A program made the translations under genes and the position numbers. Below are positions 51,023 through 64,000 of a stretch of DNA of 64,000 nucleotides, one piece after another. The first letter of the stretch is position 1; each line of letters starts with the position of its first letter. The stretch lies in the NCBI RefSeq assembly GCF_009914755.1, contig NC_060926.1. One strand, 5' to 3'. The DNA comes from the human T2T-CHM13v2.0 reference genome, Homo sapiens. The notes beneath the pieces were generated by a model. That model searched no databases, had not been told where the DNA came from, and saw nothing but the letters and a program-made list of their open reading frames with translations.

Positions 51023-53419
51023 GATGGTTTTGTTTCTTTCTCTGAGATTCATGGCATAAACCCTCATAAATACTAATTTCACAGTATTTTAATTATTTGT
51101 CAAAAGATATGCGTCTTCATTCACCCTGCTCCATTGGGATGAGAGCTACTCAAAAGCAAGGGTTTTGAGTTATTCATATTCTCCAGCAGGGAATCTTGCC
51201 ATGACTTGTTCAGTATTGAACCCTGCTGCTTACAATCAGGTAGGCTCTCTATAAGTACTGGTGAATTAATCTTTTCAACCTCCTGCTCCAATTACAGTGA
51301 AACACATGATAGGCTCCATGAATGTCAAGTAAATATATGCATTTTGTGATCAAGGGGTATGGTCTTAATACATATGTGCTTGTGAATAATTCCCCAAATT
51401 ATGAATTATATTTATTCCATTGTCCAAGCTTAATGACTATGTAGTCAGTGTTTATTGGTGTACTTCCCTCCTACCATTTTTGCAGTTACAGAACCATTAC
51501 AAATGGAAGACTGGGTGACAACAACGTAAATTACTGCAGACTGAAAGAACTTGGCACATGTTGCCAGGAACAGGTATCTCTTTGAGTATCTTGGAATGCT
51601 TGAAGAAGGCCACAGAGGGTTTCTTCCACTCCTTTTGGAGGTGCTCCAAAGCTTTCTGCGATGCTGGTGCATTTAGAAATCAAAGCAGCCCATCAAGAAG
51701 GCCAATTCTAGGAAGAAAACAAACAAAAAAAGAAGTCATTTGCCCTCGCCCTAGCCCTCCCTCTATTTTATCCTAACTTCTTCTTTATTTCTTTTAAATA
51801 AGGGACTAGAAAAGATGTGAAACCAAAGAATTTCAATTTTATCACTTAATTTTCATTTTATGATGCAGTTAGAATGAGCTCTTCATTTATTTGTTTCGTA
51901 AGCCCAAGCTTTCACTAATGTTTTCCTGAATTTTATATTCTGTTTCAGTATGGTGTGATGGTTTTTATTTTTTTCATCTAAAAATGAAGTAGGCATTCTT
52001 CTAATATGAAATAATAGTGTGTCTCACATAGTTGGTTATTTAGTGCTGTGTTTTAATCGTCAGCATGAGGGGCCACAAGTTATCTGCAACTCTTCTGCTT
52101 CCATATGTGTTTTCTTCCTTTGTTATTCCTGCCTGACCTTTTCTTCCAAGAATAGAATGAGAAAGCAACTTGTTATATGTTCTTCCTCTGTAACTTATAT
52201 TGTAATTGCCACATTTCTGTTGTGATATTGATTTGGAAAACTCATCGGCATTCTAGCGTATAAAGTAATAGAAATCTGAATCCTGCTGGAGGGAGTTATT
52301 TAGTCTTTATTGAAGTGATTTACAGAGAGCTTTCTACCCAAATAAAATGCTCAGAGAAAAAAGGAGATGTACTGATGCAAAAGCGTGCCTGTTTCTCAAG
52401 CAGCACCAAGAATACAGAGATTGTGTCATTCTAGCTTTTCATTTCTTCTTTCCTTGATTTTATGAATGAATGACACTAATGAAATAAGTAAATGTGCATT
52501 ATGTATGTGTTTCTGGACAGTTATGGATGACTTTCCAGGTAAAACTTGGCAAAGCACATTTCTTTAACATACCAAATAATTTAAAACTTACTAGAGGAGC
52601 CTCTTAATAAAAAATGTTGTAGACAATATTTTTGCAAAAAAAAGAAACCTTTTTCAAAATGAAGACTTGTTTTGTCCACATATTTCTTCAAAAAAAAATC
52701 TTACTTCAATTTGCAATGTTCACAAACAGATGGAAAAACTACATTTGATTGATACATGAAAAGTTCTCACAGTTCCCATAGCATTTGTCTGTGAGTTCAG
52801 CTGGGTTATTGTTTCTGTTTCATGCTATCTTGCTTAGGCCCCAACAGGATTTCCATCAAAGAGTTCAATGAAAATAAGATTATAAATTTGGGGTTCCCCA
52901 AGGAACAGCATATTTTAGATAACAAGAGGGCTACATTTGGTATAATAGATACCTTGCATTGTTCTAATAAATCATCAGTAAATATCTTTCAAGTAAGTGA
53001 ATTTCATGGGCTGTACCAGGTACGTGTAAGCTACATGTCATTGTATCTCCAAGCCAATGGATAGGATAGACTAGATATCATGAAGCATCAGTTTAGCCAA
53101 GGAGGTTTACCTGTGATTAGGCATGCCATGTTTACTCATAGCCTTATTAATGCCTTCCAAATACCTTAACATAAAGAAATGTCTTTCAGGGAGAGATAAA
53201 AAGTCTCAAAGAGGTTGTAAGTCCCACATTAAGAAAGTGGTAGAGCTATGATTCAGACTTAGGCTTACTTCACATGCCACGCGCTTCCTCACTCTAAAAG
53301 TACCTCCATCCTTCATGCACAAAGACAGACTACCAAAAAGGAGAGAGAAAATAAGAAAGATAAGGAAAAAAGAATATATGCAGAAACTAGTGAAAATCAA
53401 ATAAAGTCTCTACACTAAT

Positions 53420-53575
53420 TGACTGCATTGTACCTGCATTAATTTGTGGCTTTCAATAATGTACCAGTCTGTTATAAGACACTACTAGGGGAAGATACGT
53501 GGTTAGTACATGAAACTTCTTTGTACTATTTTTGCACTTCTGTGAGACCATAATTAGTTCAAAATAAAAGTTGCA
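53420..53575 (+). mobile_element. Old L1M 3' terminus
   Basis: ctttgtactatttttgcacttctgtgag...tcaaaataaaagtt. Confidence 0.65.
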
Positions 53576-53722
53576 AAAAACCCCAAAACTTCACTTTAAT
53601 GATCTAGGGCACTCGTGAGATCCATTATTTCTACGAAAACAAGAGTTTCCTAACATCTATGAGTTAACACTACAATGCAATGCTGACTTGACATTTCTTT
53701 CTTTTTTTCTTTTTTAACAAAC

Positions 53723-54059
53723 TGCACAGTCTGAATGTTTATGTCTTCCCAAAATGCATGTGTTGAAACCTAATTCCCAATGTAATAGTATTAATAATAT
53801 GGGGGCTTTTGGAGGTGATTAAGTCATGAGGATGGAGTTCTTATGAATGGGATTAGTATCCTTATAAAGAAACCTGAGGGAGCTTGTTTGCCCCTTCTGC
53901 CATGTGAAAATATAGCAAGAGTGAGTCCTCACCAGACACTGAATCTGCTGGCATCTTGACCCTGGACTTCCCAGCCTCTAGAATTGCAAGCAATAAATTT
54001 CTGTTGTTTATAAATTACCCTATAGTGTTTGGTTATAGCAGCCCCAACAAACTAAGATA
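53723..54059 (+). mobile_element. MLT1A0-like MaLR solo LTR
   Basis: gtctgaatgtttatgtc...cctcaccagacactgaatctgctggc...actaagata; perfect TSD caaac (53718-53722 / 54060-54064). Confidence 0.9.
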
Positions 54060-54489
54060 CAAACATAATAGAATATATTTATTCAAATAAGTGTTCGATT
54101 TTTCATGGAAGGATTTACACTTTTCCTGATCATTATTCTGTTGCTACCAGTGTCCTTAGAGTATCTTGTGAGGAATTGCTGGAAGAACCTGTGGCCTATT
54201 CTTTTGGATATTCTCTGTACCCATATATTTGTGTTTTGAAGGCAGGATTGGCTTTTGAAAAAGCCAAGAGTTATCAGGGCGAAGTCTTCTGAATACAGTA
54301 AAATAAACTAAATACAATTTAATACCCACACAGTGCTAAAATTTGGACCCTATTTGAAAAACCAAAAGCAGCAAAAGCCATGTTTAATACAGTATTATTT
54401 ATGTTTATAAACGTGGAGCTAGCTGTGTGCAGTGGAAAGTTTGAACACAGGCTACAGAGATGGATGTTATTGCGTCATGTGCTATTTTT

Positions 54490-54794
54490 CATTTATTTAT
54501 TTATTTATTTTTTTTGAGATGGAGCCTGGCTCTGTCACCCAGGCTAGAGAGCAGTGGTGCAATCTCGGCTCACTGCAACCTCCACCTCCCGGTTCAAGTG
54601 ATTCTCCTGCCTCAGCCTCCTGAGTAGCTGGGACTACAGGCGCCTGCCACCATGCCTGGCTAATTTTTGTATTTTTAGTAGAGACGGGGTTTCGCCATAT
54701 TGGCCAGGCTGGTCTTGAACTCCTGACCTTGTGATCCACCCACCCTGGCCTCCCAAAGTGCTGGGATTACAGGTGTGAGCCACTGTGCCCGGCC
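54490..54794 (-). mobile_element. AluS (Sg-like)
   Basis: Dimeric Alu; TSD gtcatgtgctattttt (54474-54489) / atcatgtgctattttt (54795-54810). Confidence 0.96.
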
Positions 54795-56688
54795 ATCATG
54801 TGCTATTTTTAATATTAGTACCCATTTCTGTAGACGCAGAATTCAATATCACATTGAGATGATGATTATCAAGTGCCTAACACAGGGCCTGCTCACTAGT
54901 AAGTGATCAGTTAAAACTTAGCAGCTTTAATCATGATGGAGGAGGATGATGAATTTTGCCCCAAGAAAAGTACCTTATTTTTTTCTGAGCCTTTTTTATT
55001 ATCCAAATAACAGAGGGCTTGAACCAAATGAAAGCTAAATTTTTCAGCTCTGCCATTCAGTAACTTGGATCCTGAAGCAGGTGTCAGGAGGCAGGACGGA
55101 GGTGTTGAAGGTGCTGAAGGTGCAGGTGAGATCAGGAAGATTTGCTGTTTGTGTGGTGGTGGTGTGACGGCTTATAGGGGTCTTACTGTGGCACAGAGTT
55201 TTGGTTTTCCCCCTCAATTTACCTCTGAGAAAGTCCTTTCCTCTTTCTTTTCTTAGGGTCTGAGGTTTTGGTCATTTTGCTAACATCTTGAGACTGCACT
55301 GACATCTATTCTGTCTTAGAAATATCATAGAAACAAATACCCAAGAAGTTCATTATATGCCTGAACAGCCAGAACCTCCAAGTAATTGATAATTGTTTGA
55401 TAAACAGACTTGTGTCTCCCAGTGTGACTGATGGAAAGCCGTGTTTCTGGCAGGTTGGAGGCTGCTGAATATCAGTTGCCTGAAAGATAGACAGACTTTT
55501 CCAGCTGGGAAAAAAGTCAGCTCAGATATTACGGAGTTTACTGAATTTGGTTGGTGATATCTGACACTAATCCACAAGTTGGATAGAGCAGCTTCTGGAG
55601 AGTAGACACTAGTAGCTAGTAGACATTAGGTACTAGTAGCTTTCTTGCTGAACACTGAAAGACTGACAAGCCACAAATAGGAAGTTGGCTTCTAGGTGCC
55701 CCTGAGATTGGCTAATAAGGTCAGGGGTTGGATTTCATTGCAGAGTTTAGTATGTCTGTCTGTTGGACCTTTGGGATGGGCATAGACATGTTGGTACCTT
55801 ATGGGGGGTATAGTCTAGGCTAGGGGCTGGTGTGCAGTGATGAGGAAGTAGGTGGTAGGCAAGGGGCTTATGACATTGGTTGGTGGGGAACCTTTAAGCA
55901 AAAGGGAGGTCATCCTATCACTAACTTCTCTAAGTATCTCACTATCTTATTTTTGGCTTCAAAATATTTTTTCATCATGTTCTTGCAATGGCCATGTCAA
56001 TATACCTTGAAAAGGTCCCACTTTTTAGAATGGGGCAATAGCAATATAACCCTAAGACATGGGCAAGGGTGGCTCCTCTACTGAGCCTCTCTCATTCAGA
56101 GGACTCTGCTCCAGCCCTCCTTCAGCATTCCTTTACCCGTGCGGGGGAGAGAAGCATTGGGGCCAAGGGAGCATGCTCATTCAGAGCCCACATCCAGTGC
56201 CATTTAGACATAGACTACTCAGAAATCCCTGACAAATAGTCTAGATCTAATTCTGGGACCTTCTTAGATCTCTTGCCTACCACTTTGTCTACCACTTTCT
56301 CTTGAGGCAGATTGAGCTGCTGTTGAACATACTTCTTGGCAAAGCAGTGGTCAAAGGGCAGCTGTTGGGAAGAGGTTGGAGTTGCCCCCTTATAGGGCAA
56401 CACAGGGCTGGGGATGGAAAGGAGATAAAGGGCCAGATAAGGATTTGGGAGCCACAGGTCAGCTGGCCCCCTGCCTTCACATGCCAGTACAGAATTTCAA
56501 GGCATCAGAGTCATCCAAATTTGAATTCCAAATTTGGATTTTTGTTCTATGTCCCAAAAATGTCATGAGTAAGCCTGCGGAAAACAGCAGTGTCCCCTAC
56601 ACCCAGCTCTCCTCCTGGCCAGGGTCTTGCTCTATACTGGACTGAACTTGCCAATGAGGTTAGAAAGAAGGGCAGTTGTCAGTATTAC

Positions 56689-57335
56689 TTCATTCATTCA
56701 TTTACCAAACATTCATTGAATACCTACTGTGCGCTAGGCTGTGTGTATGGATACTGAGGAGATGCTGTCCAAGACGGATGTGCTTCCTACTTCTTGAAAC
56801 CTGAGGAATAGAGAAAGCATACAGAAGATAGGAGTAAGAAGACCAATTAATAAAGATTTTCTGATTGTGATAAAATCATGAAATAATAGTGATAAAGTCA
56901 TGCACCTAAGCAACTGTGTCTGGAGACAGATAAAAAAGGGGAGAAGAGTTTCATTGAGATGAGCTACTCCAGTTGGGTCTCTCTAAGCAAGTGACATTTA
57001 AGCAAAGTCCTGAAGGGAGAGGAGGCAGCCATGCAAGACTGGAGTGGAGGGGGGTTTCCAGCCCAGAAGACAACATGTGGAAAGGCTATGAGGTGGGACA
57101 TAACTTGGAGTGATGTGCAGAGCCAGATCATAAAGGTCCTTGCAAGCAGCCCATGATAGGGGGTTGGTATATTATCCTAATTGCAGTGGGAAGCCATGGA
57201 GGCCTTAAGCACAGTATGATTTATATTTCTAAAAGGTCATTCTGACTCCCATGTCAGAAATCTTTGGAAGAACGGAAGCAGGAAGACTGAGTAGGGGGCC
57301 CTTTGTAAGAATTCAGGCAAGAGACGATGGTGATT
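56689..57335 (-). mobile_element. L2 LINE fragment
   Basis: ttcattcattcatttaccaaacattcattgaatacctactgtgcgctagg...gggaagccatggagg...aaaggtcattctg. Confidence 0.85.
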
Positions 57336-57923
57336 GTTCTTATCCATGAGAAAGCCAGGGTGCTTCCACGATAAGATATCTTCCTTCTCATAAGGTAGCG
57401 TTTGCTAAATCTTAAAGACTGGAACTCTTACCTTTGTTTGTGAAGAAAAGCTGTACTCATTTATTATCCTGTTATTTATTATCCAATATATGGTTATTAA
57501 GCATGGCGTATGTTTTTAACCCTACTGTAGGAGCCAGTGATCCAAAGGTAAAGGAGGCACAGTCTCTACTAAAAATATCTGGAGAGATTCATTCTGTTTA
57601 GAGGCAGGAGCCAGGGAGCAGGGACTGAGGAAGGAACCAAGAAGAGGCAATTATCACTGGAGAGTGGTATTAAAACAAAGGTTTACCTAATTTCCAGTTT
57701 AACTCATGGATATGGCCATGGGATATGACCTCATAGGAGCCAGTTGTTGCAGTCCTAGACTATGAGGAATTTTTAAATGTTGATTGCTTATTTACTTCGA
57801 TATACCATAATGTAAGGATAAAAAAGGAAGGGTGAGTAACAGTAGAGGTTTTTTGTTTGTCTGTTGGCGGGAAAGTGGTCCTTTGTCCTCAAGTTTGTTA
57901 AAAAAAAAATGCATAAAGAAGGT

Positions 57924-58210
57924 GGCCGGGCGTAGTGGCCCATGCCTGTAATCACAGCGTTTAGGAGGCCGAGGTGAGTGGATCATGTGAGGTCAGGAGT
58001 TCAAGACCAGCCTGGCCAATGTGGCGAAACCCCATCTCTACTAAAAATACAAAAATTAGCTGGGTGTCATGGCACATGCCTGTAATCCCAGCTACTCGGG
58101 AGGCTGAGGCAGGGAAAATTACTTGAATCTGGGAGGCAGAGGTTGCAGTGATTGCTCCACTGCACTCCAGCCTGGGTGACAGAGCGAGACTCCATCTCAA
58201 AAAAAAAAAA
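57924..58210 (+). mobile_element. AluS element
   Basis: ggccgggcgtagtgg...gagactccatctc followed by an A tail. Confidence 0.95.
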
Positions 58211-59892
58211 GGTTAGAAAATATGCAGAACTAGAAGTCTAGAGGACCTGCAGATAAGGGTGGGGCTTGCAGGGAGGCAAATGGAAGGCAAGAGAGTTACT
58301 ATGAGAGCCTAGGGATAGGATGATTATGGTGATCCTGGCAGCTCAGTGGCACCAAAAGGACTATATTTCACAGACTGCATGTATCTAGCCATGGCTGATG
58401 AATAAATGGTAATCTCTTACAGTCAACCTACTCCCAGTGAAGACTGACTTGGAGGGAGGTCGTGGAGAAGGTGCCACATTACTCATTCTGAATCCTGCAG
58501 CACATTCTACCTGAAGCAATTATAGTGGGAAGATGGTATCTTGGCACCCATAGGCTGGAGCCATGGAAGCAAACTCTGAACATGCAATACTAAATTACCT
58601 GAAAGGAAGGATGCTTTCCCAATTTAGTTTAGCTTTTGACTGAATGAAATAAAGTTTGTGTCCATTAGGTACCAGATTTTCATGTACATTCACGGGGTTG
58701 GATTCCCACAACTCTTGGAGGAGGAAGGAACTGTGTTGAGGGTTGAATGCCCAAGAAAAGACTGGGACCCAAGAAGGCCCATTTTTCTTGATCTAGGGTG
58801 GGGAGAGATGGAGCCTATGCAGGGCCAGTCAAGCACAAGACAGAATTAAACAAGGCTTGTGGGCTAAGCAGGAAGGAGACTGGTTGACACATTCTCCCGT
58901 AGAACAGGGAGGGTATCACTGGTTTATTATTTTAGTGAACAGGCCTCCAGTTATTGTCATTACACGTGTCAAAGGGCTAGGAGAGGATGAGGTCTGCCTC
59001 GCCCCATCCCACCTTCTCGTTCAGCTTGTCAGTGAAATGTATTAGGTACCTACTGTGCCCACTTGTCTGCTGGACCCCTTAAAGGCATCACACAGTCACC
59101 AAGTCAATATGTACAACTTTTGCTTACAGTTTAAGAAAAGAGAATTTAAGGACAGTACTATTTGAGAACAACTAAAGGTAAGAAGCACCTGCATCCTTAT
59201 CTGAAGCTAGGGAAGGTCAGTTCTGATGAGAGTAAGGGCATTCGGTGTGGACTGGTGATAATGACCCCAGACTCCCCAGGCCTCAGGCTCCTCAGCGATT
59301 GAGCTGGAAGCCAGATCATTCCAAGTGGAAGGAACAGAGGAGCCAAAGGCTACAGGGGTCAGGCTATGGTGCCCTCAGCTGCTGGCACGTTGCAAAGTGA
59401 GTTACGAAACAGAATACAAAATAAAAGCTAGTATTTGTAAGAAAACAAAACTATCATGAAGGGCTTTTTCTAAAATGTCGATTTTCTTTGTGTGCCTAGA
59501 TAATGGGTGATTTAGAGTTTCTACTTGGTCATTACCTATATATTCTAATTTTCCTAAAATGAAAATATACAACCTCTGTAATATGTTTTATAAAATACAG
59601 GCACTTAAGCAATTCATGCTAAAATGAAAGTCTGGACATTTTGAAGAGGTTATAAATGCTGTACTCATTGGAACCCACCTCACCAGTGAAAGCTCCAGAC
59701 TCTGGCATGCCTGAGTTTGCTCAGCAGTCAGTTTACATTTTACTAAACTTTCTCAATCTCCATTATTGCTCCCCAACAACAGAAAAATATTCAGTCTTAC
59801 GATCATGGGTGCTTGTACATCCTGAGTGATCAAAAATATCTCTAGAGAATAGATTTGATGCTGCAGTAAAGGGCCTTTAATTTTTCTAGCCT

Positions 59893-60390
59893 GGGGGTCC
59901 CTGACTGGCTGCTCACAGATGTGTGTTTGTTTTTTGTCTTTGTGTAGTTTCTGGCCATCATAGGATTTTTTAAAACTTGAGCTAACATTAAAAATCAGAG
60001 TTTATGTATAAACATTTGAATCCCTGGCTTCTCTTTCCAAAACCATCTGTCTTACATTCCTGCCCAGCCACACACAGCTTCAATGCAGGCACAGCTGCCC
60101 CTTGGATGATCAGTTCTCTGCAGTCTTTACAATTCACTCTTGCTTCCTGACGCTGAGGCCAAGGCAGTTGTCATTTACCAAAACAGTTTTTGTTTCTTAA
60201 TGGTAGAGACCTATTTTTAAAAATCTATGTTTTAACAACAGTAAAAAATAAGAAGGTACATCAGAAGAACCATATATTTTGAGAGAAGAATGAGAAAGCA
60301 TATTTTTTGTGGAAACACTATTCAAACAGACTGCAGACACCAAGTGACATGGTTGGCTTTTGTTGGCACTGGAGATTTTGCTGCTTTGCC
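59893..60390. mobile_element. MER102-like hAT-Charlie fossil
   Basis: cacagatgtgtgtttg...ctaacattaaaaatcag...ctggcttctctt...acattcctgc...cagctgcccctt. Confidence 0.55.
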
Positions 60391-61815
60391 CTGAGCCTTA
60401 AGATCTTCCTCATGGTGCTACACTGCCAGCAAAGAAGAGTTTAAGGAGAGAATGGAGGTGGGTGTTCCATATCCACAGCCTACTCCTGTGTGTGAGGATC
60501 CACCCCCACCATATCCCATCTCATCCCCAAAACAACAACAGCAACAACAAAACCAGAATTGGGCAGTTCCTGGTTTAGAAGGCAAGAGGTAAATTTCAGT
60601 ATTGCCTTCCCATTCCAACATAGCTTATACTGTTACATACCTACATTTTCCTACCATAAATTGAACCATTTCCTATCAAACCAATAAAATGCAAAGTCTT
60701 TTTATTATCTAGATAATGACTGAATGACAAACCAAAGGGCCTTCCTCGGTGCTTTTTATTGAAATTTCCTGTGGAGCCATGAATTCTCTGTTATTAGGGT
60801 AAATATCAACAGAAGACAGGCTGGTTAGATAGCTACTTGGAAGTGTTGACAGGAAATTAAATTTGCAAACAGAAATAAAACCGTGGTAGAATTTTTGAAT
60901 ACAAGGACAAAAGCAAGGAAATTGAATATTGAGATTATTTGTAGCATTCTTCCCTGGGGATGGAGAATTGAAGAGCACATGGTTTGCCATTCATCGGAAG
61001 GTCAAACCCAAGATGACTTAGCAAAATAGTCATTCTTAAGACCAAAAAAATTATCTCACAGGCCCAGATCTCAGAGATATAGACACCTAAGCAAATGAGG
61101 TGTCTGTGAGTTGGGTGATTTTTACTCAACATGTTAATTTTTCTGTTTGCCATTTTTAGAGATGATGCTGTACAGTCATCAGCACCCTTTTCCAAAAAAT
61201 ATGATAAATGTTTCTTCAAATAACTTAACGATCTCATTCACACATTCTTCGGTGTTAATAATAAGTACGTGTGCCAATGATGAAGTGGCCAACAGTATCC
61301 CTCCACTGGAAAGTGTAAATTGTGTCATTGTATGTTGAGTTAACAAGGATTAGAGCATACTGGGTTTTATATTTTGGCATTTTTTCCCCTTTATTTTTGA
61401 GGGTAAATCTGTTGGTCCATGTAATACACATGTGCTAATAACTGCTGATTTAACAAAGAAGTTGAGAGGTGGTGCAAAATAAGGAGCTCATAAAGATATT
61501 TTTAATTTATTAAGAAAAGAGTAATGGACATTTATTTATTTACTTATTTTGATAAGTAAAGGACTGGAGCTCTCAACTACAAATATGAGGTCAAGTGATG
61601 AGATATAAATATCCCTTGTGTGGGCATCAGGAAATCTGCTATTCTGTCACCAAACACCTATGAAATCATGTGAAGTGGAGGTGGGAGATTAGGTGTTTTG
61701 GGACTTATTTCAGGGTCTACTATTCTTTGACATGATGACTTTGTTCACATATGCATTTGAAGAGCTGCCTTAATCATAAAATAATGTTCTAATTTACTAA
61801 CAGTCAAATCTTCCT

Positions 61816-62215
61816 AGAGAGGTCTCAAACTGCCAGTCTGTGTATCATATAAGGCCTGTTGAGGAAATGATTACAGTACACAGAATATTGCCACATATGG
61901 AATGAAGGGGAAAGAAAAAACAGAATTTATTACAAATAGTTAAACATTTAGCATATTCTAAAAGAAAAAAATAATGGCTTGTGCTTTTCTTAAAAAAAAA
62001 ATCAATTCTGGCAATCTGGGGTCATGTTCCTATCGACTAGAGCAATAATGTTAGGGCACAGATGGATTTGCCCTTGTGTGCCCTTCTCAAGGTTCACCCA
62101 GTCACCAGATCTCCTGGCACTGAGGATATGTCAATTGTCACTTATCTCTTTATTTTTTTACATTACTTGCCTTGAGAGAACTGAGCTAAATGTCATTCTT
62201 GAGAATAGCACCTAT
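61816..62215. mobile_element. Second MER102-like fossil
   Basis: ggtctcaaactg...aaacattta...tctggcaatctgggg...tacattacttgcc. Confidence 0.45.
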
Positions 62216-63444
62216 GTCCTTTAATTAGCTGAACCCATGACCACAGATGATGTCTGATTCACCCCCAAGGAGGCAAAACAAATGTGTAGAGATATCTGAG
62301 AAGTCGGGCTGGAGCTTTTTGGCTCTCGGGGACACTCTCTCATGTTCATGTCAATTAGGACAGATTTTGTTGAAAACATATTTTGCACACTCCTTAAGAC
62401 CCAAATGGCAGATGAGCTTCACGTAACTGCCAAATTTTCTCTTTTTCAACTTACTTCTCCAGGGGAAAAGGTGGAAAAATAATTTGATACACTAGTTGTA
62501 GGAAACTGGACTTTAACTCAGTGTTTGACAATCAGTCAATTCTCAGAAAACAAAGTGACAGAAGTAACATAGCATCAAGAAGCAAAAAAAGCATTTTTCC
62601 CAGGCAATTGTTTTACAACTAAATTATTTATGTGTATTGAGGGGTTTAAGAATTATTAAATGTATTTTCTCCCTTGGCTCAGTTCTTTACATTTTTTCTA
62701 TTTATAAGAAGTGAAACTCAGACGACAACCAGGCAGGCAAGCTCACAGACGGGTTTACTGACAACACCACAATGCTCCTCCCCTCTCTTGCTTTCTGGCC
62801 TCAGACATAAGGAGCAGTCTCTTTGGGAATGAAGGGGGCATCATGGAATGAAAAATAGAATGCCCTCCAAGGATGAAATACAGCTAATTACATGTTGTTC
62901 ACCTGCTTAGTTTCAGAGGGTGGACTTATGACTTGTGCCTGTTGAAGAAGAAAATTGCTTGATAGCAGTGGCCATGTTATCAGGATTCATAGGAGAGAGA
63001 TGATTATCTGTTAATTTTAGAGTAAAGAGGCCTTTTACTACCAGGCAAAAAAGCAAAAATCATGCATTTCTCATGCATAACAGAAGTTCTTTGTTTTGGT
63101 AGAATAATTACTATTTAGAGTATATTGGGTTGGATTTGTAAAATGACTGGCCTAGAGTTTATAGATAATCAGTCTCAGTATGGAGATTTCAGAACAGGAA
63201 TGTGCAGATGTGGTGGCACTGATAAGGAATAGAATACATTTGTACCTATGTGGTACACATACACACGCACACATACATACACAGAAGCATACTACGTAGG
63301 AGAAAAACAGGCTTTGAAAAATGAACACTTGTTTTTGATTCTGATTATCTTAAGTGGTTGTAATAACAGTCAATACTAACTGATTGCTTTCTAGTCTGTT
63401 CCTGGTAAATAGAAATAAATTTTAATTTGGGAAATATTTTCTTT

Positions 63445-63806
63445 AAAAAAATCAATAGATTTATGGGTACAAGTCATTTTTCATTATAAGGATGAATTAT
63501 GTAGCGGCAAAATCTGGGCTTTTAGTGTACCTATCTCCAGAATAGTGTACATTGTACCCACTAGGTAATTTTTCATCCCTCACCTCCCACCCATCCTTTC
63601 CCATTCTGAGTCTCCATTCGTTATACTACTCTATATGCCTTTGCATCCCCATAGCTCAGCTCCCATTTATAAATGAGAACATGTGGTATTTGATTTTCTG
63701 CTTCTGCATCACTTTATCTAGGATAATGCCCTCCAGGTCCACCCAAGTTTCTGCAAAAGACATTATTTTATTCTTTCTTATGGCTGAGTAGTATTCCATG
63801 GTGTGA

Positions 63807-63844
<38 letters not shown>

Positions 63845-64000
63845 CTCACATTTTCTTTATTCACTCATCAGTTCATGGGCACTTAGGTTAATTCCATATC
63901 TTTGCAATTGTGAATTGTGCTGTGATAAACATACACATGCAGGTATTTTTTGATATAAGGACTTTTTACCCCCCTTTGGGTAGATATCCAGTAGTGGGAT
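63445..64000 (-). mobile_element. L1PB-like 3' end, continuing beyond the window
   Basis: gggcttttagtgtacc...aatagtgtacattgtaccca...tttatggctgagtagtattccatggtg...cccctttgggtagatatccagtagtgggat. Confidence 0.92.
63808..63842. repeat. (TG)17 microsatellite within the L1
   Basis: Perfect TG run read directly. Confidence 0.95.

Noticed and set aside
51466-51579. Possible cryptic exon (ttttgcag|...aacag|gtatct)
   Set aside because: Weak donor, 88 nt so frame-shifting, and no alpha-catenin similarity.
59893-62215. Two MER102-like elements as the ends of one composite element
   Set aside because: Both are heavily diverged with no shared TSD; independent insertions explain them more simply.

Overview
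Primate (most likely human or great-ape) genomic DNA from inside CTNNA2 (alpha-N-catenin), + strand. The only coding sequence I can support is one 153-bp, phase 0/0 internal exon at 5531-5683 (LRKAVMDHISDSF...HANKLVE) with canonical AG/GT sites; the ORF track misses it. The rest is intron, with no further alpha-catenin exon found in the 58 kb downstream, and is dense in repeats: Alu, MIR, L1, L2, MaLR/ERV solo LTRs, hAT-Charlie and Tigger fossils, several nested and several with readable target-site duplications (TSDs). The listed ORFs look like noise or repeat translations. I see no new gene system. The most unusual structure is a 136-bp, 133/136-identical inverted duplication (20827-20962 vs 21949-22084) whose left copy interrupts the 5' end of an AluJ, consistent with a young templated insertion. 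Repeat family names come from recalled consensus motifs, not a database search. Boundaries without TSDs are approximate.
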